Source: Acholeplasmataceae bacterium
GTDB lineage: Bacteria > Bacillota_I > Bacilli_A > ML615J-28 > CAG-698
Direction: 5' to 3'
NCBI GenBank assembly: GCA_012839485.1
Contig: DUNF01000058.1
Coordinates: 1,272-65,271, forward strand
Length of the DNA: 64,000 nt
Position 1 is the stretch's first letter. Every line of letters starts with the position of its first letter. The notes under the pieces are model-generated. The model was not told where the DNA came from. It searched no databases and saw nothing but the letters and a program-made list of their open reading frames with translations. The position numbers and the translations under genes are program-made. This document shows positions 1-9,068 of the stretch, in pieces.

Positions 1-1
1 T

Positions 2-316
2 GACAATATGCCTGATACTTCTTTTAAGGAAATTGTGGATAAATATATAGAGATGAATGTGGCACATCCGTTTATGGAAGGAAATGGAAGAGCAACGAGG
101 ATCTGGTTAGATTTCCTTCTTAAGGAAAGAATTAATAAATGTATTGATTGGTCAATGATTGAAAAGAAAGTTTATTTGTCTGCAATGGAAGTAAGTCCTA
201 TTGATTCTAAACCTATTTTTGAATTGTTGGGAAAAACTTTGACAGATGATATTAATAATCGCGAAATTTTCTTAAAAGGTATTGATTATTCGTACTATTA
301 TGAGGAAGATGAGTAA
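2..316 (+). CDS. Fic/DOC-family protein, C-terminal part (5' end outside window)
   Basis: Frame is open from the window edge (GAC AAT precede the ATG at 8). Translation contains HPFMEGNGRATR, matching the Fic active-site motif HxFx(D/E)GNGRxxR. A hairpin terminator follows. Confidence 0.8.
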   Translation, partial: DNMPDTSFKEIVDKYIEMNVAHPFMEGNGRATRIWLDFLLKERINKCIDWSMIEKKVYLSAMEVSPIDSKPIFELLGKTLTDDINNREIFLKGIDYSYYYEEDE

Positions 317-339
317 TTGAAATTATATATTTTATTTTT

Positions 340-361
340 AACGCCTAAATAAAGGCGTTTT
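340..361 (+). terminator. Rho-independent terminator after the Fic gene
   Basis: AACGCCT-aaataa-AGGCGTT hairpin followed by a T run. Confidence 0.7.
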
Positions 362-543
362 GATATTTCTAATAGATGTTTATGTGTTTTTGATCAAAAC
401 AGATTATTTGTAAAATTTAGGGTTGACATTTAAATTAAATATTTTTACATAATTACTTTATTTTTAAGGAATAATTAGGATAAAGTGCTACAATTATTCA
501 AACGTCATTTGAAATGGCATTTGAATAATAGGAGTAAATAATT

Positions 544-1809
544 ATGATTATCGTTTATGTAATAGATTCGTTTGATGAATTTTCTAATGAAACTACTATT
601 TTTGCTAGTTGTTCCAAAAAGATATTAGAAGGAATGGGACATATAGTTAGAGTTGTTTCTAACACCAAACTAAAAGGTAAAGAATATTTTAATCTTCAAA
701 ATGGAAAATCTAAAACGATGGCAAAGCAAAAATACTATTTTGCAAAACCAGATAAAGAAGTATTTAGAAAGGCTTTTGAGGGAGCAGATATAGTTCATTT
801 CTTTTATCCTTCTAAAGCAGGAAAAGTTGCTATTAAAGTTGCAAAAGAAATGGGTATACCAGTTACTGGCTCATATTACTGCTTAGAGCATAGGTTAGTA
901 TATAAGCGCAGATTTTATAAAAATATTAATCGTATTCATTGCCCAAGTCTTATTGTAGCTAACCAATTAAGAAACCACGGTTTTAAAAACATTTTTCATC
1001 CAATTGCTATTGGTGTTGGTAAAGAGAATCAAGACTTAATACAGAATTATCAAATTGAAGAAGCAGTTAAAAGATTAGAAGAGATGTTTAATGCCACTCT
1101 TAAAGACAATAAGATAAATAATTTGGAAAAAGATGTAGCTGAGAAAAAATATTTAAAGAGATTAAAACAAAGCAAAATTGGATTTTTGATTCTTAAATTA
1201 TTTTATTTATTGCTATTTCCGTTTGGTAAGCTATATGCTCATTTGTTTGGGAAACTTCATATTAAAGGTAAGAAAAACTTAAAATCAATTAAGGGTGGAG
1301 CTATTATAATTAGCAATCATGTTCATAATTTCGATGCTCCAATTAATACTTGTGCTGTTTATCCAAGATTGCCAGTCTTTACATCACAACCAGCAAATTT
1401 TGAACACAAAGTCTATGGACTTTTAATTAAAATGTTTGGAGCTATTCCAACACCGGTTGGGCTTAATCAAACTAAGATATTTATTAATGAAATAACTAAA
1501 AAAGTTAAAAATGGGAGATTAGTTTTAATTTATCCGGAAGGTAATTTGATATATAAAAATAAAGATCTTCAAAAATTTAAAAAAGGAGCTTTCTACATTG
1601 CCCAAAATGCAATGGCTCCAATTGTTCCAGCAAGAATTAGTTTTTTAGAGAAAAAGAAGAAAAACGGTAAAATTAAGAAACGTGTTATATTAAATATAGG
1701 AAAACCAATATATCCTAATTTTGCTATGACAAGAAAAGAATCAATTGACAATCTTATGGAAACATCGCTTGCCGCACTAGAATCATTAAAAGTCGAAGAA
1801 TATAAGTAA
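544..1809 (+). CDS. Two-domain protein: glycosyltransferase GT-B N-lobe-like region, hydrophobic hairpin, then PlsC/LPLAT-type acyltransferase
   Basis: 421-aa ORF with SD TAGGAG upstream of the ATG. C-terminal half carries the acyltransferase blocks NHVHNFD (HX4D) and IYPEGN. N-terminal ~170 aa resemble the first Rossmann lobe of GT4 enzymes (HFFYPSKAGKVAIKVAKEMGIPV). Hydrophobic segment IGFLILKLFYLLLFPFG lies between them. Confidence 0.6.
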   Translation: MIIVYVIDSFDEFSNETTIFASCSKKILEGMGHIVRVVSNTKLKGKEYFNLQNGKSKTMAKQKYYFAKPDKEVFRKAFEGADIVHFFYPSKAGKVAIKVAKEMGIPVTGSYYCLEHRLVYKRRFYKNINRIHCPSLIVANQLRNHGFKNIFHPIAIGVGKENQDLIQNYQIEEAVKRLEEMFNATLKDNKINNLEKDVAEKKYLKRLKQSKIGFLILKLFYLLLFPFGKLYAHLFGKLHIKGKKNLKSIKGGAIIISNHVHNFDAPINTCAVYPRLPVFTSQPANFEHKVYGLLIKMFGAIPTPVGLNQTKIFINEITKKVKNGRLVLIYPEGNLIYKNKDLQKFKKGAFYIAQNAMAPIVPARISFLEKKKKNGKIKKRVILNIGKPIYPNFAMTRKESIDNLMETSLAALESLKVEEYK

Positions 1810-1820
1810 AGGTGACAATA

Positions 1821-2327
1821 ATGCAATTTAGATTAGCTGAAAAACAAGATTTAATAGAAATAGTTAAAATGTATAAAGAAGTTGTAAAAAATATGAATGC
1901 AAATGGACTTCAAATTTGGGATGATAGTTATCCTTTTGCTTTTTTTGAAAGTGATATTCAAAACAAACAATTTTATGTTTTAGAAGAAGATAGTAAAATA
2001 ATTTCAGCTGTCGCTATTTGTGATAAACATATTGGAGAAAATGTAGGGAAATGGGAAAATCCAAATGCTAAGGCTTTTTATTTAAGCCGTTTTGCTGTTA
2101 ATCCTGACTATTTAAAACAAGGTATTGGTAGCCTAATGATAAGTAAAATAAAAAAGGTTGCTAAAGAACTTGGTGCTAAATATTTAAGATTATTTGTGGT
2201 CATAATAAATAAAAGGGCAATCCAATTTTATGAAAAAAATGGTTTTAGAAAAGTGGAAGGAATACTTGATACATTTTTAGATGATGGTTCTATTTTGCAT
2301 GAATTTGGATATGAAATGGAAATTTAA
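1821..2327 (+). CDS. GNAT-family N-acetyltransferase
   Basis: Acetyl-CoA-binding pattern RFAVNPDYLKQGIGSLMI...FYEKNGF. ATG at 1821 is better spaced from AAAGGTG than the track's GTG at 1812. Confidence 0.75.
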   Translation: MQFRLAEKQDLIEIVKMYKEVVKNMNANGLQIWDDSYPFAFFESDIQNKQFYVLEEDSKIISAVAICDKHIGENVGKWENPNAKAFYLSRFAVNPDYLKQGIGSLMISKIKKVAKELGAKYLRLFVVIINKRAIQFYEKNGFRKVEGILDTFLDDGSILHEFGYEMEI

Positions 2328-2506
2328 ATGATTTAGGCAACCTTAGTTTGTTTTGGACTGATGGAAAAGTTGTGAGATATATAGGTTTCTAAAAGGACGA
2401 AAAAAATAAAAAAATATATGAAATTAGGGTATGAACATCTTAATAAATGAAGTATTTAAAAATGGTGCAACAAAGGTTTATGTTGACCTTGTTGTTAAAA
2501 ATAAAA

Positions 2507-2530
2507 AAAACGACTTTATAAGTCGTTTTT
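2507..2530. terminator. Bidirectional hairpin terminator between convergent genes
   Basis: AAAACGACT-ttata-AGTCGTTTT flanked by an A run upstream and a T run downstream, between the convergent GNAT (+) and acyltransferase-like (-) genes. Confidence 0.75.
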
Positions 2531-2531
2531 A

Positions 2532-3242
2532 TTATACTGGAAGAGCAGGCAATTCCATTTTACCTAAAGCATTAGATTTGTTTAGTAAATAATTTGCCAT
2601 TTCTTCTCTTGTAGTTGCGATTTTTTTAAGTTCGCTATAACGAATAGGTTTATCAAAGATATGCACTTTATCTTTTCTTCGATAATAAGAAGTATAGATT
2701 AAGACATCCATTCCTCTTTTATAGAAAGTTTCTGCTAGTAAAGCAAATCCTGAGTAAAAACCTCTTAGTTCATCAAAGTATCCTTCTTCAGACATTTCTG
2801 GAAAGATTACAATATTTTCTCCGTTTTTCATAACTGCAACACTTTCTTTTAAAGTTCTCTTTAAACGAGCATCGCGATATGTAGAGATCAATCTAAGTCC
2901 TTTATAAAACAGATAAGTTAAAGGACTTGCAAGCAAACAAAATAGTCTAGCTAGATGGATATTCCATCCTTTCTTTTGGTGGTAATAAATTTTTGTTTGG
3001 TAATTGTAAAGAGACTTTAAACCAGAATTCATTTCATGAGTTCCCCACATCCTAAAAGGAAACTCTCCATATGATTCTAGTAAAAGCGGGCCTGTAGCGC
3101 CAACATGATTAGCTAAAACAATGCTATTAGTTGTTGGCTTTTCCCCTAAATAAATATATCTAGGTCTTCTGTAACGTAGTCTTATAAGTTTTTTAAAACC
3201 GCGAAACCAAAGTTTTCGGTCCTGTCGAAAAAATTTTGACAT
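2532..3242 (-). CDS. Acyltransferase-like protein (LPLAT-like, motif I degenerate)
   Basis: ORF on the - strand. The ATG giving MSKFFRQD is preceded by AAAGGTGA, and the track start 3251 is a GTG inside that SD. Has ANHVGATG (His kept, HX4D Asp missing) and FPEMSEEG in the positions of acyltransferase blocks I and III. Assignment is tentative. Confidence 0.35.
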   Translation of the reverse strand: MSKFFRQDRKLWFRGFKKLIRLRYRRPRYIYLGEKPTTNSIVLANHVGATGPLLLESYGEFPFRMWGTHEMNSGLKSLYNYQTKIYYHQKKGWNIHLARLFCLLASPLTYLFYKGLRLISTYRDARLKRTLKESVAVMKNGENIVIFPEMSEEGYFDELRGFYSGFALLAETFYKRGMDVLIYTSYYRRKDKVHIFDKPIRYSELKKIATTREEMANYLLNKSNALGKMELPALPV

Positions 3243-3445
3243 AAATATCACCTTTCAAAGAGTATAATATAAAATACATACTAACTATATCAATAATAAA
3301 ATAAATAGGAAACTTTATTTTGAAAACACTAATGCAACAATATTTTAATTTATTAATATTAAAACAAACTTGAAATATATTATTATTTATCAAAGATGAA
3401 ATAATATAAGTGAGTATTGGAACTTTTTTATTATGATTTCTTTTC

Positions 3446-3474
3446 TTTACAAATGTTGCAATTAAAGTTATAAT
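3446..3474 (+). promoter_or_regulatory. Sigma-70/SigA-type promoter for the GDPD gene
   Basis: TTTACA, 17 nt, TATAAT, located 18 nt upstream of the SD/ATG at 3492. Confidence 0.5.
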
Positions 3475-3491
3475 ATACCAAGGTGGAGCTT

Positions 3492-4211
3492 ATGGAAACT
3501 TTAAAAATTGACAAACAAAATACGAAGATGATAGCTCATCGTGGATTAAGTGGACTTGAACCTGAAAATACAATTCTAGCTTTTATTGCGGCTGGCAATA
3601 GAAGCTATTTTGGAATTGAAACTGATGTTAGGATTACTAAAGACAAGAAGTTTATTTTGTGTCATGATGATAATCTAAAAAGAATTTCTGGTATTGATGT
3701 GAAGATTTCTGATGCGACTTATGAAGAGTTAAGGAGTTATTGTTTATATGATTTTGATAGCAAAGAAAGAAAAGAACATGTAAGATTAGCTTCGCTTGAA
3801 GAATATTTAATTGTTTGTAAGAAGTATGATAAAGTTGCAGTTATTGAATTAAAAGAAGTTTATCGTGAAGAAGATGTTGTAAATTTACTTGATACTACTT
3901 TTCAGTATTTAAAAGAAGAAAATGTAATCTTTATTAGTTTTTATTTAAAGAACTTACAATACATTCGTAAATATAACTCAAATGTAAAGATTCAGTTTCT
4001 AACAAGCGACTTTGATAAAGCTATTTTAAATGAATTAAGAAAGCTAGAAGCAGGACTTGATATCAACTATCACCAATTATCTAAGGAGATTGTTGAGACG
4101 TGTCATAAATATGGGATTGAAGTTAATGTTTGGACAGTAAATAATCCAATTGAAGCATATTTGCTTTTAACTTGGAATATTGATTATATAACTTCAAATG
4201 TTTTAGAATAA
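3492..4211 (+). CDS. Glycerophosphodiester phosphodiesterase (GDPD family)
   Basis: HRGLSGLEPENT and GIETDVRITKD, the two catalytic GDPD motifs. ATG at 3492 follows AAGGTGGAG; the track start 3483 is a GTG inside that SD. Confidence 0.8.
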   Translation: METLKIDKQNTKMIAHRGLSGLEPENTILAFIAAGNRSYFGIETDVRITKDKKFILCHDDNLKRISGIDVKISDATYEELRSYCLYDFDSKERKEHVRLASLEEYLIVCKKYDKVAVIELKEVYREEDVVNLLDTTFQYLKEENVIFISFYLKNLQYIRKYNSNVKIQFLTSDFDKAILNELRKLEAGLDINYHQLSKEIVETCHKYGIEVNVWTVNNPIEAYLLLTWNIDYITSNVLE

Positions 4212-4969
4212 TGAATTATGTTTATATTTTAAAGTGTAGTGATGATACTTTATATATAGGTTGGACTAATGATCTTGAAAAAAGGATCAAAGCGCACAAT
4301 GAACAAAAAGGAGCAAGATATACTAAAAGAAGAACTCCAGTTAGATTAGTCTATTATGAAACATTTGAAACTAAGATTGAAGCTTTAAAAAGAGAATTTG
4401 ATTTAAAAAAGTTATCAAGAGAACATAAACTTTATTTAGTAAATAATGAAGTAAAAACTAATGTTTATGTTTTTAGAAGTTTAAATCAAGAAGAAGATGT
4501 TAAGAAGCTTTTAAAAGAAAAACTTCAAGAAGATTATAAATTAGATATCAAAACTTTAAAGTTTAAATATAATAAATATAAAAAACCTTATTTAAATTTA
4601 CCAGTTTATTTTAATATTAGTCATTCTTATGATTTAGTAGCTTTAGTTATTTCTAAATATGAAGTAGGTATTGATATTGAGAAAGTCCAAACAAGAAAAG
4701 AAAAGCTAGCTGATAAGATTTTTAGCGAAGAAGAGATGAAAGAGTATCAAGAAAACAAATCAGATTCTTACTTAATTAAGAAATGGACAGAAAAAGAAGC
4801 ATATTTTAAGTTATTAGGTACTGGTTTAATTTTAAATGAGTTAAAGCAAGATTATAGTAGATATGTAAAGAGTTATAAGTTAGAAGATAATAAGGAAATA
4901 TACTATTTATCTGTAGCAACAAACGAAACAATTAACATAAATATACTTGAAGAAAATATAAAAATTTGA
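4211..4969 (+). CDS. Fusion: GIY-YIG (UPF0213/YazA-like) domain plus Sfp-type 4'-phosphopantetheinyl transferase
   Basis: N-terminus YVYILKCSDDTLYIGWTNDLEKRIKAHN is a GIY-YIG signature. C-terminal part has FNISHS, GIDIEKV and WTEKEAYFK, which are PPTase motifs. Single uninterrupted 252-aa ORF with an ATG overlapping the upstream TAA. Confidence 0.7.
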   Translation: MNYVYILKCSDDTLYIGWTNDLEKRIKAHNEQKGARYTKRRTPVRLVYYETFETKIEALKREFDLKKLSREHKLYLVNNEVKTNVYVFRSLNQEEDVKKLLKEKLQEDYKLDIKTLKFKYNKYKKPYLNLPVYFNISHSYDLVALVISKYEVGIDIEKVQTRKEKLADKIFSEEEMKEYQENKSDSYLIKKWTEKEAYFKLLGTGLILNELKQDYSRYVKSYKLEDNKEIYYLSVATNETININILEENIKI

Positions 4970-5002
4970 TAAAATGAATAAACAAAAAAAGGATAAAAGG
5001 AA

Positions 5003-6154
5003 ATGGCAGATTTTAAAGAAAAAGTTTTAAATTTACATGAAAAATATCAAGGTAAAATTGAAATAACTTCTAAGTTACGAATCAATAGCAAAGAAGACTT
5101 AGCTTTAGTTTATTCGCCAGGAGTAGCAGAAGCTTCTCTTGCAATTAAAGAAAATAAAGAAGACGTTTATAAATATACATCTAAGGGCAAGTTTGTAGCT
5201 ATAGTAACTGATGGTTCAGCTGTTTTAGGTTTAGGCGATATTGGGCCAGAAGCTGCTTTACCAGTTATGGAAGGTAAAGCTTTACTTTTTAAGAAATTTG
5301 CAGGTGTTGATGCTTTTCCAATTTGTTTAAAAACTAAAGATGTTGATGAAATAGTTAATACTGTTAAATTAATTGCTCCTGGATTTGGTGGAGTAAATTT
5401 AGAAGATATATCTTTTCCACGTTGTGTTGAGATTGAAGAAAGGCTAAAGAAAGAATTAGATATTCCCGTTTTTCATGATGATCAACACGGAACTGCAATT
5501 GTAACTTTAGCTGCTTTAATAAATGCATGTAAAGTTGTTGGTAAAAAACTAGAAAACTTAAAAGTAGTTATTTCTGGTTTTGGAGCAGCAGGTTCAGCAA
5601 TTGCAAGATTATTAAGAAAAGCTAGTGTTCCATCTATTTATGCTACCAATCGTAGGGGTGTTTTAAGTAAACTAAAAGAAAACGACCCTATGGTTGATAG
5701 ATTTTTGGAAAAGGGAATTGTTGATAGCTATAATAAGAAAGACGGAAAGTTAGAAGATATTATTAAAGATGCCGATGTTTTTATTGGTGTATCTGTAGCT
5801 GATGTTCTAACAAAAGAAATGGTTAATATGATGGCAGATAAACCAATTGTTTTTGCTCTTGCTAATCCTAATCCAGAAATAAGTAGCATTGAGGTCAAAA
5901 AAACTAAAGCGTATATTTATGCAACAGGAAGGAGCGATTTACCAAATCAAATAAATAATGTTTTAGCTTTTCCGGGACTATTTAAAGGAGTCTTCGCATG
6001 TAAAGCAAAACAAATTACAGAGGAAATGTTATTAGATGCTAGTCATGCTATTGCTTCTTTAATTACTAAAGAAGAACTAAGTAAAGACTATATTATTCCA
6101 TCACCATTTGATGAAAGAGTGGCTTTAGTAGTTAGTAAGGCAGTGTCTAAATAA
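5003..6154 (+). CDS. NAD(P)-dependent malic enzyme (short form)
   Basis: 383 aa. VYSPGVAE, VTDGSAVLGLGDIG, GGVNLEDISFPRC, HDDQHGTA and GFGAAGSA match the prokaryotic short malic-enzyme layout. Confidence 0.85.
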   Translation: MADFKEKVLNLHEKYQGKIEITSKLRINSKEDLALVYSPGVAEASLAIKENKEDVYKYTSKGKFVAIVTDGSAVLGLGDIGPEAALPVMEGKALLFKKFAGVDAFPICLKTKDVDEIVNTVKLIAPGFGGVNLEDISFPRCVEIEERLKKELDIPVFHDDQHGTAIVTLAALINACKVVGKKLENLKVVISGFGAAGSAIARLLRKASVPSIYATNRRGVLSKLKENDPMVDRFLEKGIVDSYNKKDGKLEDIIKDADVFIGVSVADVLTKEMVNMMADKPIVFALANPNPEISSIEVKKTKAYIYATGRSDLPNQINNVLAFPGLFKGVFACKAKQITEEMLLDASHAIASLITKEELSKDYIIPSPFDERVALVVSKAVSK

Positions 6155-6178
6155 TAAAAGATATTGGGGGGATAAATT

Positions 6179-7306
6179 ATGAGATATCGTATTGAGAAGG
6201 ATAAAATAGGTAAACTTCAGTTGCCTTTAGAAGTGTATTATGGGATTCATACTGCAAGAAGTAAAGAAACATTTTCCTTAACTAAACACGGACTAAATAG
6301 GCAAATGATTAAAACTCTAACAAGTATTAAAAAAGCATCAGCTATTGCTAATACTAGTTTAAAACTATTAGATCAAAAAAAGGCTGAAGCAATTATTTTA
6401 AGTTGTGATGAGATTTTTAATGGAAGACTTCATGGTCAGTTTGTAACTGATTTAGTTCAAGGTGGTTCTGGTCATAGTATGAACATGAATGCTAACGAAG
6501 TAATAGCTAATCGTGTTAATGAAATGTTAGGGGGAACTAAGGGCGGTTACGAATATGTAAGTGTAGAAGATGTTAATTTAAATCAATCAAGTATAGGGGT
6601 TATTGTTTTAGCTGGTAAAATTACAGCGGTTAGATTAACTAAGAAATTACTTAATGAAGCTAAAAAATTAAGTGCTACTTTAAAAGAAAAAATAGCTGAT
6701 TTGAAAATTGGTGAATTTGATTATGAGAATTGTCTTATTTTCATGCAAGAAAACTTAGATCGCAATATCAAAAAAGTAACTAAAACTTTTGATAGTTTTA
6801 AAGAAGTAGCAATTGGTATGAGTTATTTTGAAACAAAAAAAGAAATTCCTGAAGAATTTCCTAAATTGTTTATTAAGCATTTAAATGCTGCATATCCAAG
6901 TGAAAAAGTAAAACAAGCTAGTAACTTAATTGAGAATGCTTCTGATTATTCTTGTTTCTTAGAATTATCATCTGCTTTAAGAACATTAATGATTGATGTA
7001 GCAAAAGCAGTAGATGATTTAAAACCAGGTATTGTTTCAGGTAAATTTGTTATTCCTCAAGTTCAAGAAAGTGCTGAACCAGAAGAACCGAATTTAATTG
7101 TTTTAGAAATGGTTAACCAAATTTCATTTTATATTATGGGTAATGATCTAACTATTGCTAGAGCGGTAGAAGCAGGTGAAGGAGTACATAACATTTACCT
7201 ACCAATGATCTATGCTTGTTTATTTGAAGAGATTAATTTAATTAGAAGAGCAATTAGAATTTTAAGAGAAAAAGCTCTTGTAGATTTAGAAATAAAAGAA
7301 GGCTAA
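6179..7306 (+). CDS. Aspartase/fumarase-superfamily homologue, truncated with degenerate catalytic motifs (probable pseudoenzyme)
   Basis: N-terminus aligns by eye with class II fumarase/aspartase (YRIEKD.IG...VYYGIHT, GGSGHSMNMNANEVIANR). The S-T-N-D region reads NQSSIGV, the GRTHLQDA histidine region is unrecognisable, and the GSSxMPxKxN loop is replaced by SGKFVIPQVQESAEPEEPN. 375 aa against about 460-470 for active enzymes. Confidence 0.6.
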   Translation: MRYRIEKDKIGKLQLPLEVYYGIHTARSKETFSLTKHGLNRQMIKTLTSIKKASAIANTSLKLLDQKKAEAIILSCDEIFNGRLHGQFVTDLVQGGSGHSMNMNANEVIANRVNEMLGGTKGGYEYVSVEDVNLNQSSIGVIVLAGKITAVRLTKKLLNEAKKLSATLKEKIADLKIGEFDYENCLIFMQENLDRNIKKVTKTFDSFKEVAIGMSYFETKKEIPEEFPKLFIKHLNAAYPSEKVKQASNLIENASDYSCFLELSSALRTLMIDVAKAVDDLKPGIVSGKFVIPQVQESAEPEEPNLIVLEMVNQISFYIMGNDLTIARAVEAGEGVHNIYLPMIYACLFEEINLIRRAIRILREKALVDLEIKEG

Positions 7307-7318
7307 AGCCTTCTTTTT
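7297..7318. terminator. Hairpin terminator overlapping the stop codon, shared by convergent genes
   Basis: AGAAGGC-taaa-GCCTTCT followed by TTTT. The stop codon TAA at 7304-7306 lies in the loop. Confidence 0.7.
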
Positions 7319-7326
7319 AATTAGTA

Positions 7327-8130
7327 TTATAATAAAAACTTCATCATTACTAAAGCATCATAGTAATCTTTAGTTTCATATTCAATCGCATCATCTTTGA
7401 TTAATTTAGCTCCCGGATAAAATGAAGCTTTGTATGCATCATTGAAGTTTTTATATTGAATTTCAATTTTGAATTTTTTAGGTAAAATACTTATTGGTTT
7501 ATTTGCTGGTTCTTTCTTTTTCTTTAAGGCTAATTCAACTTTATCTTCAATTTCTTGATTAGTTATATTTGGATGTCTTGAAACTACTGCTCCATGACGA
7601 CCTTCTTTAGTAGCTACAACTTCTGCCTCAGGGAAAAGTTTTTTTACACTTTCTGTTAACTTTAAATCGCCAGATAAAAATACTGTTGGTACGTTTAACC
7701 ATGCAGCATAATATGAATTAATTAAAAATTCTGAAGCTATTTCACCATTAATCTTTACATGATGTAATCTTGTATTCATTGTGTGACTTAATGGATTACC
7801 ATCAGATCTTGATGGGCTATGATAACCAATAAAAACAACAGCATCATAAGAATCATTTAATCCTGCCATCATTGAGCATGGACCACCTTCCCAACCTCTA
7901 TGTAGTGTTACATAATCTGGCAAGTCTTTAAAAATAATGTTTCTTGCATTATCGTGAGCATCCTTTACAAAAATTTCTGTTGCCCCCGCTTTATGAGCTC
8001 CTATACAAGCTCTTCTAACTTCTTCTGTCATTTGCTTACGAAAATATTCATAATCATCACCCTTTTCAGTTTCAAGCCAAGATACGATTCCGTTGATACC
8101 TTCGATATCAGCACTAATATAAACTTTCAT
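7327..8130 (-). CDS. dppA: D-aminopeptidase, peptidase family M55 (DppA-like)
   Basis: MKVYISADIEGINGIV N-terminus and overall 267-aa length typical of M55/DppA. Confidence 0.75.
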   Translation of the reverse strand: MKVYISADIEGINGIVSWLETEKGDDYEYFRKQMTEEVRRACIGAHKAGATEIFVKDAHDNARNIIFKDLPDYVTLHRGWEGGPCSMMAGLNDSYDAVVFIGYHSPSRSDGNPLSHTMNTRLHHVKINGEIASEFLINSYYAAWLNVPTVFLSGDLKLTESVKKLFPEAEVVATKEGRHGAVVSRHPNITNQEIEDKVELALKKKKEPANKPISILPKKFKIEIQYKNFNDAYKASFYPGAKLIKDDAIEYETKDYYDALVMMKFLL

Positions 8131-8192
8131 TTAAATTCCTCCTTTTTTCATATGAATATTATAACTATAAAATAAAAATAAAGCAATAAACA

Positions 8193-8221
8193 TTTACATT
8201 TTGGGAAAATTTGTGTATAAT
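8193..8221 (+). promoter_or_regulatory. SigA-type promoter for the YcxB-like gene pair
   Basis: TTTACA, 17 nt, TATAAT. Confidence 0.5.
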
Positions 8222-8251
8222 ATAGTTAATAAAAAAATGGAGGTTTTTAAT

Positions 8252-9064
8252 ATGAGTGAAAAAGATAAAGTAACTAAGAAAGTTGAAGAAGAAAAGAAAG
8301 AGGAAGTTAAGGCTGAAGTAGAATTAACTAGTGCTGAAGAAAGAATCAAAGAAGAAGAACAAATTAGAGCACGTGTTTCTGATTTTAAGCCTTTAGTAAA
8401 AAGTGATACTAAGTTTGATTTTAAAACATTAAAATATGCTAACTTATATTTATCTATGTATAAAAGAAAGAGTTGGGTTTTAAGTTTAGTTATTGCTATT
8501 GCTGCTTTAGGTATGGCAGTTTATTCTGCTATTGCTAGTCAATGGGCATTCTTTGTAATTTTCTTACTTTTTGTAGCTGTAATTGCTTATCAAGCATTAA
8601 CTGTAGAGAAAAAGATTGACCAAGAATTAGTTAAGTATTTTAAGAATCGTGCAGTTGGTGGTCAAGAAGTAGCCTTAAATAAAGAAATGATTTTAGTAGA
8701 AAATAAAAACTCTACAATTCCTTTTGTTTATGAATGGAATGATATTAAATCTGCAGATGAAATCAAAGATTTTGTTTACTTATTCTTAAGTGCACAAGCA
8801 CCAATTATTATCGATAAAGAACGCCTTATTGTAGGGGATGTAGCTTTACTTCAAAGTATTTTAAAAGAAAAATTCCCTGAAAAAGGTTATAAAGTTATGG
8901 AAAAAGATATTGCTAAGAGAAAGATTACATTCGAACACGCAAAAGTTGAAGAAGAAGACAAAGTAGAGATTGTAAAACTAAGTGCTGAAGAAGAAGCTCA
9001 AGTTAAGAAAGAGCAAGATCAAAAAGTAGCTGAAAAAATTAAAGACGAAGAAGGAAAAAAATAG
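8252..9064 (+). CDS. YcxB-like membrane protein with Glu/Lys-rich termini
   Basis: ATG at 8252 follows GGAGG; the track start 8201 has no SD. Two adjacent TM helices (WVLSLVIAIAALGMAVYSAIA, WAFFVIFLLFVAVIAY) followed by a small C-terminal domain, the same layout as the next gene. Confidence 0.5.
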   Translation: MSEKDKVTKKVEEEKKEEVKAEVELTSAEERIKEEEQIRARVSDFKPLVKSDTKFDFKTLKYANLYLSMYKRKSWVLSLVIAIAALGMAVYSAIASQWAFFVIFLLFVAVIAYQALTVEKKIDQELVKYFKNRAVGGQEVALNKEMILVENKNSTIPFVYEWNDIKSADEIKDFVYLFLSAQAPIIIDKERLIVGDVALLQSILKEKFPEKGYKVMEKDIAKRKITFEHAKVEEEDKVEIVKLSAEEEAQVKKEQDQKVAEKIKDEEGKK

Positions 9065-9068
9065 TAAA

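Noticed and set aside
495-528. Inverted repeat TATTCAAA...CATTTgAAATG...TTTGAATA in the leader of the 544-1809 gene, considered as an operator or riboswitch
   Set aside because: It is short and AT-rich, with no recognisable riboswitch core. It could be a simple leader hairpin or a chance palindrome. Not enough evidence to call a regulatory feature.
2400-2500. Small ORFs (10-24 codons) in the GNAT/acyltransferase intergenic region
   Set aside because: No SD, no conservation evidence available, and a length compatible with chance in AT-rich DNA. The region is better explained as 3' UTR plus the bidirectional terminator.
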